A stretch of DNA of 63,571 bases, the filler included, from Collodictyon triciliatum (lineage: Eukaryota), in assembly GCA_043381765.1 (NCBI GenBank). It is 5 parts of 5 records of this genome, joined end to end, with 100 filler letters (N's around TTAATTAATTAA, not from the genome) between each part and the next. Parts side by side here need not be neighbours in the genome. Positions count along the whole stretch, not along the records: positions 32,339 to 55,147 come from JBHJMP010000178.1; 4 more parts are not named here. One strand, 5' to 3'. This document shows positions 37,261-53,627 of this stretch, one piece after another; the stretch's first letter is position 1, and each line of letters starts with the position of its first letter. Made by a program: the position numbers and the translations under genes. Under the pieces are notes generated by a model. The model had not been told where the DNA came from. It did not search any database and was given only the letters and a program-made list of their open reading frames with translations.

Positions 37261-38353
37261 CGCTAATCTCTTAATTTTTTTTTACGGTATCTAATTGCGA
37301 TTTTGCAAAAATGTAGTAATAAAAGTTATTTCTACTATAGTTTTCAAACATCCATGGTCGGACGCCCGAAGCCTAGTTTTGAGGCTATATCGACAGTATC
37401 GGCATCGAGAAGCGTGTATGTTTCTTATGTCGCAAATTATGGTATTGCTGTTTGTGTTAATTTTTTCAATTTGTGTCAGGTGAAGTACATCCTGAGTTGG
37501 TTTCATCTTTTTTTCTATACATCGTATATAACTGAAAACGTGAGGTTGTACTTTAGCATTCTTTGTTTGATGATGCGGTTATACATTTTATAGGTCTGTT
37601 CCGTACCGAGGGAGACCTAGACAGAGTGCATTTGCAGGCCCTGAGATCTATGGAAGATCTTAGCGGCTTTTGCAATCCTTGCACGAGTTTAACTCTTCTA
37701 TTATTCATAGCGATTCTATCAGCTTATCAGAAGAAACAGAAAAGAAAGGTCATTTATTATTGACTCATCCGACCATCCATATTGGTAAATAAAACTTCAA
37801 GTAAGCTATTAAATTTTGTTGTCACTTGCCTATGTATTTTAAAAAGTAACTTAAGAAAGGGGGAAAAACGTAAGAAGCCATTCTGCTGCTATAGCTGCGA
37901 AAGTGAGATGGCGTTGTATGACCTTTCCCTGACCTTCCTTAATGTATACTCTTGTTGTAAGGTGGTCAAATAAACTTCATCGCTCGTGCTTCACGTTGCG
38001 TAGCAAAAATATCTAGATTGTTGGGCGTCTTTGGACTATCGAGTTCGGGGCGATATCCTTTTTATGGAACCAACGTCGGATTGATTATTGGCTATTTGAG
38101 AAAACACTTAAGAGTAGCGTATCTTTCGAAAGAGAAAAAAAAATAATCATTTGGAGACGGTTTTTGCATTACTTATGTCTCACTGATTCTCTTAAATGAA
38201 GAGCCCTTCCGCCTATACTTCACAAGCGAAAGCTATGTTGCTCATTCGTTACCGTAGTAGCCATTCCTGGACATCCCTTCTTGCATCCTCGGACTCCCTC
38301 CTACGCTTGTCTACAACGCCTCTTTGATTATTTATTTTTCTTCATTGGCAATA

Positions 38354-38401
<48 letters not shown>

Positions 38402-38412
38402 AGCGCAGTCAG

Positions 38413-38436
38413 TCCCTTGAATGGAATAAAGGGGGG
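38413..38436 (+). mobile_element. Family A mini retro-insertion (24 bp), intergenic
   Basis: Insert tcccttgaatggaataaagggggg between aacatagcgcagtcag (38397-38412) and aacatcgcgcagtcag (38437-38452). Confidence 0.8.
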
Positions 38437-39426
38437 AACATCGCGCAGTCAGCAGCTTCCAAAAACAACAATAATAATGTAATCTAATGCCTGTGGGAAA
38501 AGGTCACGTTATTGTGCCGCGTCGCCCCATCCTCACTCACCACCACATAATTGCGTAGGAGCTAAAGTCCTATATACGTTTGTTAATTCTTTGGCAATGT
38601 AACATCAATAGTATTAAATACACATAAATATGCTAAATGTATGTAAAAAATAAAATTATAAATGATTCAAAGTGAACTATGGTGAGGTAAGAATAATATA
38701 GTATATTTTCCACATATAAAATCAAAGGAAACCTATTAATAGAACGCTATTTTTAGCTAAAGTATAAAAATAGATTCCGTTGAGATTTATGTGGGCAAGC
38801 AATAAAATCAATTTATGCGTTCACACGAGGCTATTAATAGCATTTTCTTGTTCTTGGGGCTGAGGGCCAAAAATAGCCCCAAAGTCATGGTCATAAATAT
38901 CCCCAAGGCAACCGGAACAGCAAACGGGGCCGCTCCAAACCCAATCGTGTTATCTACACTGCCCGATTGAATGGAGATTTGTGAGCTACATAACTGATCT
39001 AAATATAAACATGATGTCGATGGTGGACTCACCGTAATATATATAGGAGCAGTGCCAGACAAGGGCGAGTTGGATGTGCTGGTGGGCTTTGCTTCGAGAT
39101 GGACAAACACAAACACAAACACAACAAACATCCCCGCAGTGGAAAATGTCACCTTCGCAATCTCCTGTGACAGCAGTTGGATTTTACAAAGCATCCGCAC
39201 ACGAGATATCAAAACCTCTGATGACCCGATCAAATTTCACATGCCATGTCGCTCAAAATTTGAATATAAGATAGAATAAAGTATTATAGTGAACATACCC
39301 ATGAAAAAGCTAAATATTGCGAAGCCTTCATACTCTAACCATAACAATCATATCCTCGGCAGTGCGGTAGGTTACAAGGAACTACAGTGCGACACAAACC
39401 AAGCTAAGAAGAAAAGACACCCAAAG

Positions 39427-40128
39427 ATGAGCCTGTTTTCCATCAAGAGGGTCGCCCGTCAAGGCTTCAGCCAGTCCTTCAGCTCTCTACGAGTGGATAC
39501 TGCATACCCTAACCAAACTAAAAACGTTCAGCTTCATCCGCCAGCCAAGCCCAAGTCTAATGCACCGGCCAGCAGAGAAGAATACCACCGTCGAGTGTTA
39601 CTTCATCTTTATAGATGCCTTTCTTCTAAATCTTCGTTCACAAATTATCAGCCGGCTGGTAGCCAAACAAGTAATTTAACTCCTTTTGACCGCGTACTGG
39701 TCCCACAGCCTTTGGAAGTAATTTTTGGCCGAATCAGAGACTATAAGCTCCTACCTGATGAGTGCATTGCGGTGGCTCTTGCATACGCACGTCGGTATTT
39801 ACGCGCAAGCGGAGCCCTGTGGACCTCCGATAACTTTCGGGCATTATTTCTTGTCTCTTTGATGATTTCATCAAAATATTGGCTGGACGACAGCTTCAAT
39901 CTCTTAACCTTTGCTCGTCTGGCTGATGTCCCTGTCCGCATCTTGAGTCATTTGGAGCGACACTTTTTGTTTGTAGTGGATTATCGTCTATCTATCACCG
40001 ATGATGAGATTCTTCAGACACAAGAGCTGATTCTGTCCCAAGGGACACTGGTAATCTCCCTGGCCAGTAGCCCGAAAGAGACAAACTGGGAGATGCATAT
40101 CGGTAACTTGTCTGTGCACGCAAAGTAG
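39427..40128 (+). CDS. PHO80/P(U)-type cyclin, intronless
   Basis: Cyclin box ECIAVALAYARRY...NFRALFLVSLMISSKYWLDDSFNLLTFARLADVPVRILSHLERHFLFVVDYRLSI. Confidence 0.85.
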   Translation: MSLFSIKRVARQGFSQSFSSLRVDTAYPNQTKNVQLHPPAKPKSNAPASREEYHRRVLLHLYRCLSSKSSFTNYQPAGSQTSNLTPFDRVLVPQPLEVIFGRIRDYKLLPDECIAVALAYARRYLRASGALWTSDNFRALFLVSLMISSKYWLDDSFNLLTFARLADVPVRILSHLERHFLFVVDYRLSITDDEILQTQELILSQGTLVISLASSPKETNWEMHIGNLSVHAK

Positions 40129-40612
40129 TTCACCCCGCATCAATAAGGCAAAATGGGTTCGAATGTTCTCAGAGAATTAGAGAATATATAATGCTGCGTT
40201 GATGAAAAACTTACCGCCTCCATAGTCTACAGCCCGTCTACCTCATTAACCAATCCCTAGTGTAAGATACAACTCAACGAAAAGAAAAACCAGCTTCTGA
40301 CGAAATGTCATGGTGCTTTATTACTCTTTTAAAAAAGGACTCCTCGCTCCAAACTCCACCCCACCGAGTGCCTGATATTCATTACAAAATAAATAAATAA
40401 AAAGTTGAAAATCCCTTCATGGTTGATGGCTGTCTATTTTATAAACCAAATATGATGAAAACACTTGATAAAAAAGAAAAAAAAAGGAGTACATGTACAT
40501 ATACATAATACGAAGATGGTGATTTTCTATCATAAAATAATGAGAGGAACAGGAACAAGGATAGGTGCACCCTAGAGGAAATCTTATGAATGCTGCTAAC
40601 AACGATTTATTA

Positions 40613-42293
40613 TTATTTGGTTTTCTTCGCCGAGGGTGTCACATTTTTTTTAACCGTCTTTGGTGTCTGTTTGACAGGTTGTGGGGACTTCTGACCCTTC
40701 GGTTCATTTGGAATTTCAGTCTTTTCTGAATTATGTTTTTGCTTCTGCTTTTTCTTTTCTACTTTCGCTGGTTCTTCTTCTTCTTCTTCTTCTTCTTTCC
40801 TCTTTCTCGAAGATTGTAAGTCCTCATTAACGGGGAACGATTTCGCAAGAAACTCACGAAAGGACGTCAGTTTGTCATCAGAGTCATCGAATGGTGTTGA
40901 CGGTATGAGTTTTGGCAGGTTGCTAGAGAATAAAAAGGAGATAAGAAAGAGAAAAATAGTTTAAGACATTATTGAAACCAAAATTTTATGGCAGGAAGAA
41001 AAATATGTAATCTCTAGTATTTATGACCAAAGTCAACATCCCCACCAACCTGCACAAAATTGAAAGGAAGAATTAAAAAAAAAGAAGAACGTATTTAGAT
41101 GATTGGCATGTATAAATATGACTCTAGCGAACCTTCCAATCAGCTTCAAGCTGTATGCTATAGAAAAGCATTCTTGAAAGACTCTCATTCCTTCGACATC
41201 ATCGGCATCTGGTTGACATTTATTTGCCGTCAAAAAATGCTGGACTAACTGAATGACCTATTATCCAGGTGTTTGTTTAAGGCAAAAAGAAAAAAAAAGA
41301 AGAAAGAAAAAAAAAGGAGTGATGGAAGAAGTGATGAGTATACCATGAATATCTTTGAAAAGAACATAACAATTCCAATCGTGAGGATCAATCAATGGAT
41401 CAATACCCTCTCTGATGGTAAGCTCAAAGCTGTCTCCAAAAACTGGTTCAGGTCTCGTATCTCTGAGCAATTGGAACAAACAGCCTAAAAAAACAGTGAA
41501 ATAATATGTTCATAAAAATTATAATAGGCAGTGATTCAGATATTGCGTAGAACTGATGATGCTCACCACGATTCGAGAGAGGGAAAACTTCTTTGCATGA
41601 AAATCTAGATCCCAATCGGTTGAAAATCGGAAGCGAGTATCTTGTTGGGCAGCCTATATAGAAAGATAGGCAAATAAATATTAAGGCAGGCGAGCATTAT
41701 CATTTCTGATTGGTTCAAGAGGAGGTAAAATACTCATACCCCATCAACAAAACAATATCCTGGAACTTTGCAAAAACTGCAGTGGGTGATCTATGAATAT
41801 TTGGAATTAATCATCGACTGAATAATTATATGACATGAGGCAACTCTAACAAAAGTAGTATACAGCGTATGTTTTTAATTAAGGAATCATAATACTAATA
41901 CTAATAAATATTGGAACCTGCTTCCCACATTGCAGGATGAGCTCTGTAACCTTCGCGTGATCCTCCACAGCAAACAGATTCAACAAAAGTGAGAGAAAGT
42001 CTTCCGAGTCAAGGACATAGCCGCGTGGCGCGATCAAAGGCCGCAGATTTGGGGCAAGGCTCTGCTTGATGTCAGTAATTCAGATGAGTTAGAAAAGAAG
42101 AAAAAAGATAGAAAAAAAAAGAACCCTACACAGCCCATTGCCAGCAGAAACAGCCTATCCTGTCCGCAAGAACTTTGGATGCAAAAGACTGTTGTTTTCC
42201 TTTTTTTTCTTTCTTTTTTGTTTTGAAAAATAAAACGATTTTCACCTGAAGTCGCTGTTGCAGCTTATAGCACGTGTCTTCCACCGATCCCAT
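40613..42293 (-). CDS. Zinc-binding protein with a degenerate HNH-endonuclease-like fold and Lys-rich tail
   Basis: In-phase exons give MGSVED...FCWQWASLAPNLRPLI...HCSFCKVPG...FSTDWDLDFHAKKFSLSRIVAVCSNCSEIRDL...HFLTANKC...FQECFSIAYSL...KRKEEEE..KKKQKQK..KKTK-TAA. Confidence 0.55.
41034..41083 (+). mobile_element. Family B mini insertion, intronic
   Basis: caacatccccaccaacctgcacaaaattgaaaggaagaattaaaaaaaaa, near-identical to 48383-48425; TSD not clearly resolvable. Confidence 0.7.
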
Positions 42294-43328
42294 CCTATGT
42301 CTTTGTACGCCAGGTTAACTTTTTGCTCTTCCCAACAGTCCAAGCAACTTGCTTCTGATGCAGACAGAGAAAACTTTTGACGACAGTGGGCAACATAGTG
42401 GAAGAACAACGAAACAAAAAGGCGAGAAAAGACCACGAGTTACGGTACTTATTTCATCATACATTATTTATCAAGACAAGTCGTGTTTTCTACTACATCG
42501 CCTCTGCAAAAGCGACCAAAACAAAGATTCAGTTTATAGCGAGAGTATGCCGAGGTAGTATGAGGCGGTGGGACAGGGTTGGGAGTAGGTCTATGAATCG
42601 AAAATCGGAGCAAGCTTTTCTCTCCAAAATAATATGGACATGGCTCGCAAGTCCATTTATGAATGGATATAAGAAAGGAAGTAGAGAAAAGAAATAGTTC
42701 TTCAATACCAAGAACCTGTCGGCATGAATCCGAAATTTAACAAGGTGGCCATTAAAAAAATAGCATATATACAGGACACATTCCCACTTCAGTTAAGCAT
42801 TGTTTCTACCGGCCGGGCATGGCCCCGAAACCATGAGTCAGTCAAGAGTTACCTCTCGATACAGGTCGAACGATAATATATTTTTCTTTCAGGGTTGTCC
42901 AACGAGAAATATCAAGAAAGTTACCCGGTTGTCTCCTAAAGACATAGATCAAATATAATGAAGTATGGTTTAAAAATTCTCGGAGGCGGACAGTGAAAAG
43001 AATTCGTCCGAATATATATCGAGAAGTAACTGCCATTTGTATACCTTCATCAACCCCGAAAACTTAAACTGTTCTCCTCTCAATCCCTACCCAAACCACG
43101 TGGTGCGTTGGAGTTTAACCATCAAAGGTAGAATAGTTGGCCTGGGAAAGTACTTTCTCTCCCGTGTACTTCACTGTATTTATTTGTATATACAAGCAAG
43201 AGTACCCGTGCTTCGCAGCGGGAATGGGAAAAGAAAAGAAAAGAAAAAAAGAAAAGAAAAAAAGAAAAGAAAAAAAAAGAAAAGAAATCACTGAGGAATG
43301 AATCAGAGTAACTAATACTCAGCACTAT

Positions 43329-43350
43329 TTTTTTCCTTTATTCGATTCAT
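43329..43350 (-). mobile_element. Family A mini retro-insertion (22 bp) with an empty paralogous site
   Basis: Insert ttttttcctttattcgattcat between ctaatactcagcactat (43312-43328) and ctaatactgagcactat (43351-43367). The paralog has a single ccaatactgaacactat at 58293-58309. Confidence 0.9.
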
Positions 43351-43420
43351 CTAATACTGAGCACTATATTCGTACTTATCTTGCTGCCCGTGGGTCGATG
43401 GCTAGAGCTCGCTCCGTCTT

Positions 43421-43452
43421 TTTTTTCTTTCCCTTTATTATTCGTTTCAAAT
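43421..43452 (-). mobile_element. Family A variant mini insertion (32 bp)
   Basis: Insert ttttttctttccctttattattcgtttcaaat between agctcgctccgtctt (43406-43420) and agcttgctccgtctt (43453-43467). A decayed version is present in the paralog at ~58420-58470. Confidence 0.7.
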
Positions 43453-44373
43453 AGCTTGCTCCGTCTTATTCATAGGTTGTTATACTCACGGGTTGGTGTA
43501 GCCGGTGTCTTGATCGTCGGTGTGTTTCGGTGCATAACATGTGTTGTAAAGGATGTGGTAAAGAGACCTTTTCGCTCTCTGAGTCGGCTGTGTCGGCCTT
43601 TTCAGTTTGCGTTCGGTTGGTAGGCATTCCATGGGGCGGGGCTGTGGCGCCGGTCTCCTGGTAGGCGGTCTCGTCCTTCTGGGATCGCTCTTTCCGAGAC
43701 CTTGCTTGCTTTTTGTTTTTGTTTTTTTTCGGCTTCAGAATGAGGCAGCTGGAGAGAAGAAGGAAAGAACCCCAGTGTAATAATATTATTTTCTGGGGAA
43801 TGTGTCTTTTGTCTCTCCCAGTGAGATCGTTTCTCTGCAAAAGGCTTTTTCTTATCCATTTTGTTTTTTTATTTTTCCTCTCGACTCTGTCTGTTAGTTT
43901 GGTCACTACACTTATTCACATTTTGTGGTGTAGAATATATCGATCTTTGGGACTTTGTCTCACGAAAACAAAGCAAACAAACGAACTTGGCCTGCAAGTT
44001 TATTTTTTCCATTGGTATTTGACATTAATATCAATCATGGCTATTGATATCAGCTATAATTAAAACAATCAAAATTGAAAATCGTGCATGTTAGATAGAT
44101 GAAAAGATTCGACAGAGTCAGACATTACACATGCAATCCCAACGATTAGATGCGATTGGCCAAAGTTTTTTTTTTTTTTTTGTATTTTGTTTATGTCCAT
44201 CGTTGTTGTTCTTATTTTTCTCTGTGCCTCCTCCTTCAATCCTCCTCAAGCGCCATCTAGTCACCATTCTGTGATTTCCAATCATCAGCTGTTTTGTCTT
44301 TTCATCCATTCATCCAATCATTCTTTTCCTTCTTTTTTTTTCTCACGACTTCAAAAACCCATCGCCCCAAGTT

Positions 44374-44760
44374 CTATTCACTGGCACCATCAGTAGCCAT
44401 TTCTTCCTCATGCTGCAAAGCCGCCAACTGCGCTTGCCGGGCCTGCTGCAGCTGAATCTTCTCCAGCGTGGGCCAGCCTTCCACAAGGGCATTTGTGCGC
44501 AGCTCGTCGAGAACTGTCTGCTTCCTAACCTGCAGCTTGGCCTTCAGCGGGGCAGCCAGAGAAGGATCGATGACAGACCGCAGCAAAGAAAGTCGCAGAG
44601 CCTGCGGCGTGACTTGGGAAGCCACGCACATAAGCGCAAACTCTTCGCTGCGATGCAGCGCCGTTACTCCTTGCTGGACTAGCTGTCGATGTTGCGGTCG
44701 TGCTTTGTACTCAGGCATTCCAGATCTTGAGCAGTCCTGCCCCGCTGCTCCTTGGCTCAT
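44374..44760 (-). CDS. Hypothetical single-exon protein (128 aa)
   Basis: GC-rich ATG-to-TAG ORF set in AT-rich flanks, helical composition; no family recognised. Confidence 0.5.
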   Translation of the reverse strand: MSQGAAGQDCSRSGMPEYKARPQHRQLVQQGVTALHRSEEFALMCVASQVTPQALRLSLLRSVIDPSLAAPLKAKLQVRKQTVLDELRTNALVEGWPTLEKIQLQQARQAQLAALQHEEEMATDGASE

Positions 44761-45430
44761 TCTGCCTCCTTTCTAGGGTTGCAATGAGGGTCGGTCGGTC
44801 AGTCGCGGCCTTTGTCTCAGATCCAGACATCTTTCGCTGTCAATGATTCACTCAATCTTCGCGCTATGCGCCTGCTGCTGGAACCAGATCAAAAGAGAGG
44901 GCAATCCACTGAGAGTATTCATACCAAAAATGAAAATTCTATTGTGGAAGTTATACTATCCCTCACCACGCCATCATGTCTGGCCACCTTACAAGGGACT
45001 GCAGAAAGGCAGACAAGCACAGCACAAGGCACGGTTGCAATGGGCCGGAAAACAACCCTAACTCTCCCATAAAGGCTTTTGACGTGCTCTTTTAAAAGAT
45101 ACAGATGGAGGAAACAGAAGGGAAAGGAGTGGCAGAAGTTTGCAATGGAGTTTTTTTTTCGGCATTGTTTGCAAAACATGGGAGAAAAGAAAGGGAAAAA
45201 GGGAAGAGGGGAAAAAGGTATGTGCTCATTATGGATGATGCTTGGCTTGTTTTGGGACTCGACTCGGGAATGCATCCAGGCAATAGAACGAAATCGGGAC
45301 ATGTCTTGCTGGATACCAGAAACGCCAAGATTTTTGATAACTCTCCTACAGATGATATTGGTTTGGCCATAAGATACCTTGCAATGTGTATATGTAAGTT
45401 ATTTTCCCATTTACAGTACTTGGGCGGTTG

Positions 45431-49393
<3,963 letters not shown>

Positions 49394-49579
49394 ATTGACT
49401 ATAAAGTGTGATTCAAGGTATAGTCATTGCTGCATTTTAGTTCTGTTGTTGTGGTACAAGAAAAGGAGATGAGGGGTAAGGCTTAGTCAGATCCATAGAA
49501 AAAATACCATATAGACTTGGAAATATGGGTGTTTTCTAGGAAGAAAAATAGAATAAACTTGTAGCAAGGATGGAGGCAG

Positions 49580-49765
49580 AGAGAAAAAAGAAAAGAAAAG
49601 AGAAAGAGAAAGAGAAAGAGAAAAAAGAAAAGAAAAGAAAAGAAAAGAGAAAGAGAAAGAGAAAGAGAAAGAGAAAAAAGAAAAGAAAAGAGAAAGAGAA
49701 AGAGAAAGAGAAAGAGAAAGAGAAAGAGAAAGAGAAAGAGAAAGAGAAAGAGAAAGAGAAAGAGG
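49580..49765. repeat. (AAAGAG)n microsatellite
   Basis: Direct tandem repeat. Confidence 0.9.
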
Positions 49766-50143
49766 AGAGAAAGAGAAGGAGGAAAGAAGAAGAAAGTTGG
49801 CCACTGCTCTGCTTTCATCGCTTGGTTGTTCTCTTATGCTTGGAAATCCTTTGATTGCCCAACATCCGACTACGTTACACTTTCGTTTTGTTGTCCGCCA
49901 AAGTTGTTTTTGCGGTTTTTCGTTGATCGAGGTGTTTAGTAAAATATTTCAATGAATACTAGTTTATGCGGAAAAAACAATTTTGTAACGTCCTCCAGTT
50001 TGAGAAAATTATTCCACTGTCATTAAAGTACGGTATAACTAGACTTTCAAAAGATTTATGGCTCCCCAAAACCCACCTAAGAACGAAATGATTGATGGAT
50101 TTATATCTAGACCCGACCCACCTCGACTGAAGGTATCCATATG

Positions 50144-50660
50144 TCCTATATTCAATTCAAAAAGAAACTGGGATTTTTCATACAAAGTGGCGAGATAGCT
50201 GCGCATGGGAGAGAGCAAACGAGAGTAACAGAAGATGCTACCGTGGAGAGACTAGCACTGGAAAGAAATCAGTGATAGCGAGCTGGTCAGACGGGCGTCC
50301 CAACTGGTTGATTGGTTGTGTGGGTAGCAGTGGTTGGATATGCTGTGGGAGATAACGCACGACACATTCCCACATCCCTCTTCGCTTGCGGTCAGAGTAG
50401 CGAAGAATGCGAGCGTGTTTCAGCAGGCTGTTCAGGAAGCTGTATTGCACGAGGCTCTCGAGCCTGGATACATTGATTTCTCGTTCGAGTGAATCATTGG
50501 AGCGAGAGAATGCACACACATTCCATAAGGCCCACAGCATATGTCCCCTTGTGACTGTCCAGAGTATTCTAGAGTCGTGGGTCATTTGGTATTGTGGGCC
50601 AAGCAGGATGTCAGACGCGCTGAGTCGGTTGGGGACATAATCAAGCTCAGGGAGCATCTT
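50144..50660 (-). mobile_element. 5'-truncated non-LTR retrotransposon remnant (ORF2 C-terminus-like plus 3' UTR)
   Basis: Intronless GC-richer ORF 50238-50657 with DILLG...LWTVTRGHMLWALWN, resembling the Trp-rich tail after the zinc knuckle in L1/Tx1 ORF2. About 75 bp after the stop comes tttgaattgaatatagga, one mismatch from the family A terminus. Confidence 0.5.
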
Positions 50661-51339
50661 GTGGGTTAGATTCTGTCACTTTTTGAGCACGTGGGCAGTT
50701 AACGAATGTCATCACCCTCTTGATTCCAATTTCGCTTTTGGCATGATGATGAACTATACGAAAATCGATTCTGGAATTTATACATATAAATAATTTATAA
50801 GTGAATTGAAGTTTCTTTATCACTTGTATAACTATATTATATGTACAGTATGATATTTTAATATATTTATTCTTGGTAAGTAACCACCTCCGACCCCATT
50901 CACGGATTCCGTGCAGACCAGTAGCGCAGACCGACACATATATATGTTGAATCCCTCCATAGTCTTCCTCGCCCATTCATTTTTTCTTTGACAGAATTCT
51001 CCCTCGCACAAGACACGCCAACGCCACAACCCACAACAGCCAGACGAAAGTCAATTGCCAAACACAAAAACGAAGACTTTCTGGAAAGGCGAATGTCATT
51101 CCATTCCTCACATCCCCTACAATTCCCAAGCCTCTATTCACTTAACGCAATCGTTATTGGTCGATTACGAGAATGGCTTAGGAACCAAAACTGTCCTCGA
51201 GCATATATATACAGACACACCCACCACCCACACTCGGATCACTCCAATACTCACAACCAACTCCAACCCCCAACCGAGCAGCAGCCTGCTTGAAACAACC
51301 TCACTCATCACACCAACGCAGATAACGCCACGCCTCCCG

Positions 51340-53627
51340 ATGAACCAGCACGGACACCTTTGTGGACTCCCGAACGAAGAGTATGGATGCACATGTATGA
51401 TCTTCCCGCAGGATATGGGATTGTGCCCCGTGCACTTCTCCGCCTTGCAGTCGCCCTTCCAATCCCCGTTCAGCCTCCCCTCGACGCTGCTTGGCCACTC
51501 CAGTCTCCCAGGTGTGTTTCTCTTTCTCTTTCTCTTTCTCTTTCTCTTTCTCTTTCTCTTTCTCTTTCTCTTTCTCTTTCTCTTTCTCTTTCCCTTTCCC
51601 TTTCCCTTTCTCTTTCTCTTTCTCTTTCTCTTTCTCTTTCTCTTTCTCTTTCTCTTTCTCTTTCCCTTTCTCTTTCTCTTTCTCTTTCTCTTTNNNNNNN
51701 NNNCACTCACTCACTCACTCACTCACTCACTCACTCACTCACTCACTCACTCACTCACTCACTCACTCACTCACTCACTCACTCACTCACTCACTCACTC
51801 CTCGCCTCACCATGCTGCATCTGTCATGGCTACACGTTACTCCTTTGTATGCCTCCTTGGTCGATCTTTTCCGCCTACTCCACTTCTCATAGCGCCTTTC
51901 TCTTGCATAACTTCTTTTCTTTCTTTTTACAGAGCCGCGATATGCGCGCACCATGAGAGTCCTACCGGACGAGCCTGCTTACATAGCGAAACAGGAAATC
52001 CCTGCGAGTTCACCCGAGGTAAGAAGCGCGGTTTCCTTGCAAACCTCTTGTGTTAGTTTTTCTTCCTTTATTGGTCTGCAATATACTTATAGTTGGTTTG
52101 CTTGTGTTCTCTAAATTATATTCTGCATATTGACAGTACGCTTTGCCTGATGGAGCCGATATGGTGTTTTCTGGGTAGAAATCTTATCTTCTTTTCTTTT
52201 TCTATGCTTTGAACAATCCCGATCGACTATATCCTACTTTTTTTCCTCGTGAAGGCTAATGTATGCTTTCCATTATGTTGATAAGTTGGCTAACAGCAGC
52301 CTTACCTAACAGGGGCGATTTCGGGTTTAACTCACCGGGTGTTGATATCTTTGGTCTTGATGGGAACCTCCTCAGTTTCCCTGAGCAGTATTCTGACGCT
52401 GAGCAGGTACCTATCTATATCCCTTAAGCATTCTTTAACCATAGTCAACCCCTTCCGTCTTTCCGATAATTTTGTCCAGCTTCCACCCTGACACAATATT
52501 CTGATACCATAGAGACCAAGAATCAAACAAGATAAGGAGCTGCACTCTGAGTAAGCTTGTCTTTTCATTCTCTTATATCCCTGTATTTTACTCTGCCACG
52601 TGAGCGGGAGCGAACAACATGTTAACGCCCTTTTCATATTCTATAGCCTCGTACCCTCCCTCACGGTGACCCCGAATGAGCAGGTGCGAGAGCAGGTGTG
52701 TAGTATAGTTGACACCTTCTTGCCCACAGTCTCTTGATTATTGTCCTTCGTAGATTCCACTAGATTCTATACATGGTCCAGAGCTAAACTCTGTTTATGT
52801 TCGTCTCTCGTTTCACAGATTCATCCCCTGATGGTTCCTGAGGAGCAAAAGTGGCACCCGATAGAGCCCGCCTCTCTCGGTGGTCCTATTCTCCATCTGG
52901 AGCCTTTTATGATGTCGAAGGCTGCGGCCGGTCCAGTGTGTTACACTGAGGACCATTCCGACGCCCAGACCACTACCTACTCTGAAGCGTAAGCCACATT
53001 GCCTCTCATTCCTTCTTTCCTTCTTTCCTTCCCCTGGTGCATTTTTCTTGCTATCCATGTCTATTGTGAGCACAATATGCATGTCCTCCGCCAAGTCTTT
53101 TTTTTTTTGTCCACGCATATGCCCAGTACCTGGACACATGCAAACACGTCTTCGTTGTCCAATTGACTCACATATCCCATGCATTTTAGAGCACCCCACT
53201 GCGATACGCAATCTGTTGCTTCGGAGACCAATACACAATTCGGCCGCCGCATCGGCAAGAAGCGAGTAAGCATTTCTTTCTAACGCACCCTTTGGACTCT
53301 CCACACACCGCTCACATAACGATGATGATATCTCTTCGCAGCACCTCATCTCCTCTCTTCAAACCACTAGGGCCCCTACCGAAAGAAGGAGCGCCGCCCT
53401 TGCGAGAGTTGTGGCACTACAAAGTCCCCCCAGTGGCGCGGTGCCAAATTCAACCGGCAGTAAGTCGCACATCCCATCCCATCCCATCCCATCCCATCCC
53501 ATCCCATCCCATCCCATCCCATCCCATCCCATCCCATCCCATCCCTCGCACAGGACTAACCCGCTCTCCACCCCTGCGTAGCCTGTGCAACGCCTGCGGC
53601 CAGAAGTTACTGAAGACGCAGGAATAA
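51340..53627 (+). CDS. GATA-type zinc-finger transcription factor
   Basis: The last two exons (53371-53459, 53582-53627) splice to RPCESCGTTKSPQWRGAKFNRHLCNACGQKLLKTQE-TAA (C-x2-C-x17-C-x2-C). Upstream exons and start are tentative. Confidence 0.8.
51517..51800. repeat. (TTTCTC)n and (CACT)n microsatellites, intronic
   Basis: Direct tandem repeats. Confidence 0.95.

Larger units (their letters stand above)
43295..43985. repeat. Dispersed ~0.7-kb repeat, copy 1 (non-autonomous element or decayed gene duplicate)
   Basis: Collinear blocks shared with 58275-59085, e.g. tatcttgctgcccgtgggtcgatggct, gctccgtcttattcatag, ggcgccggtctcctggtaggcggtctcgtccttct, taatattattttctggggaatgtgtctttt, tagaatatatcgat. 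Confidence 0.85.
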
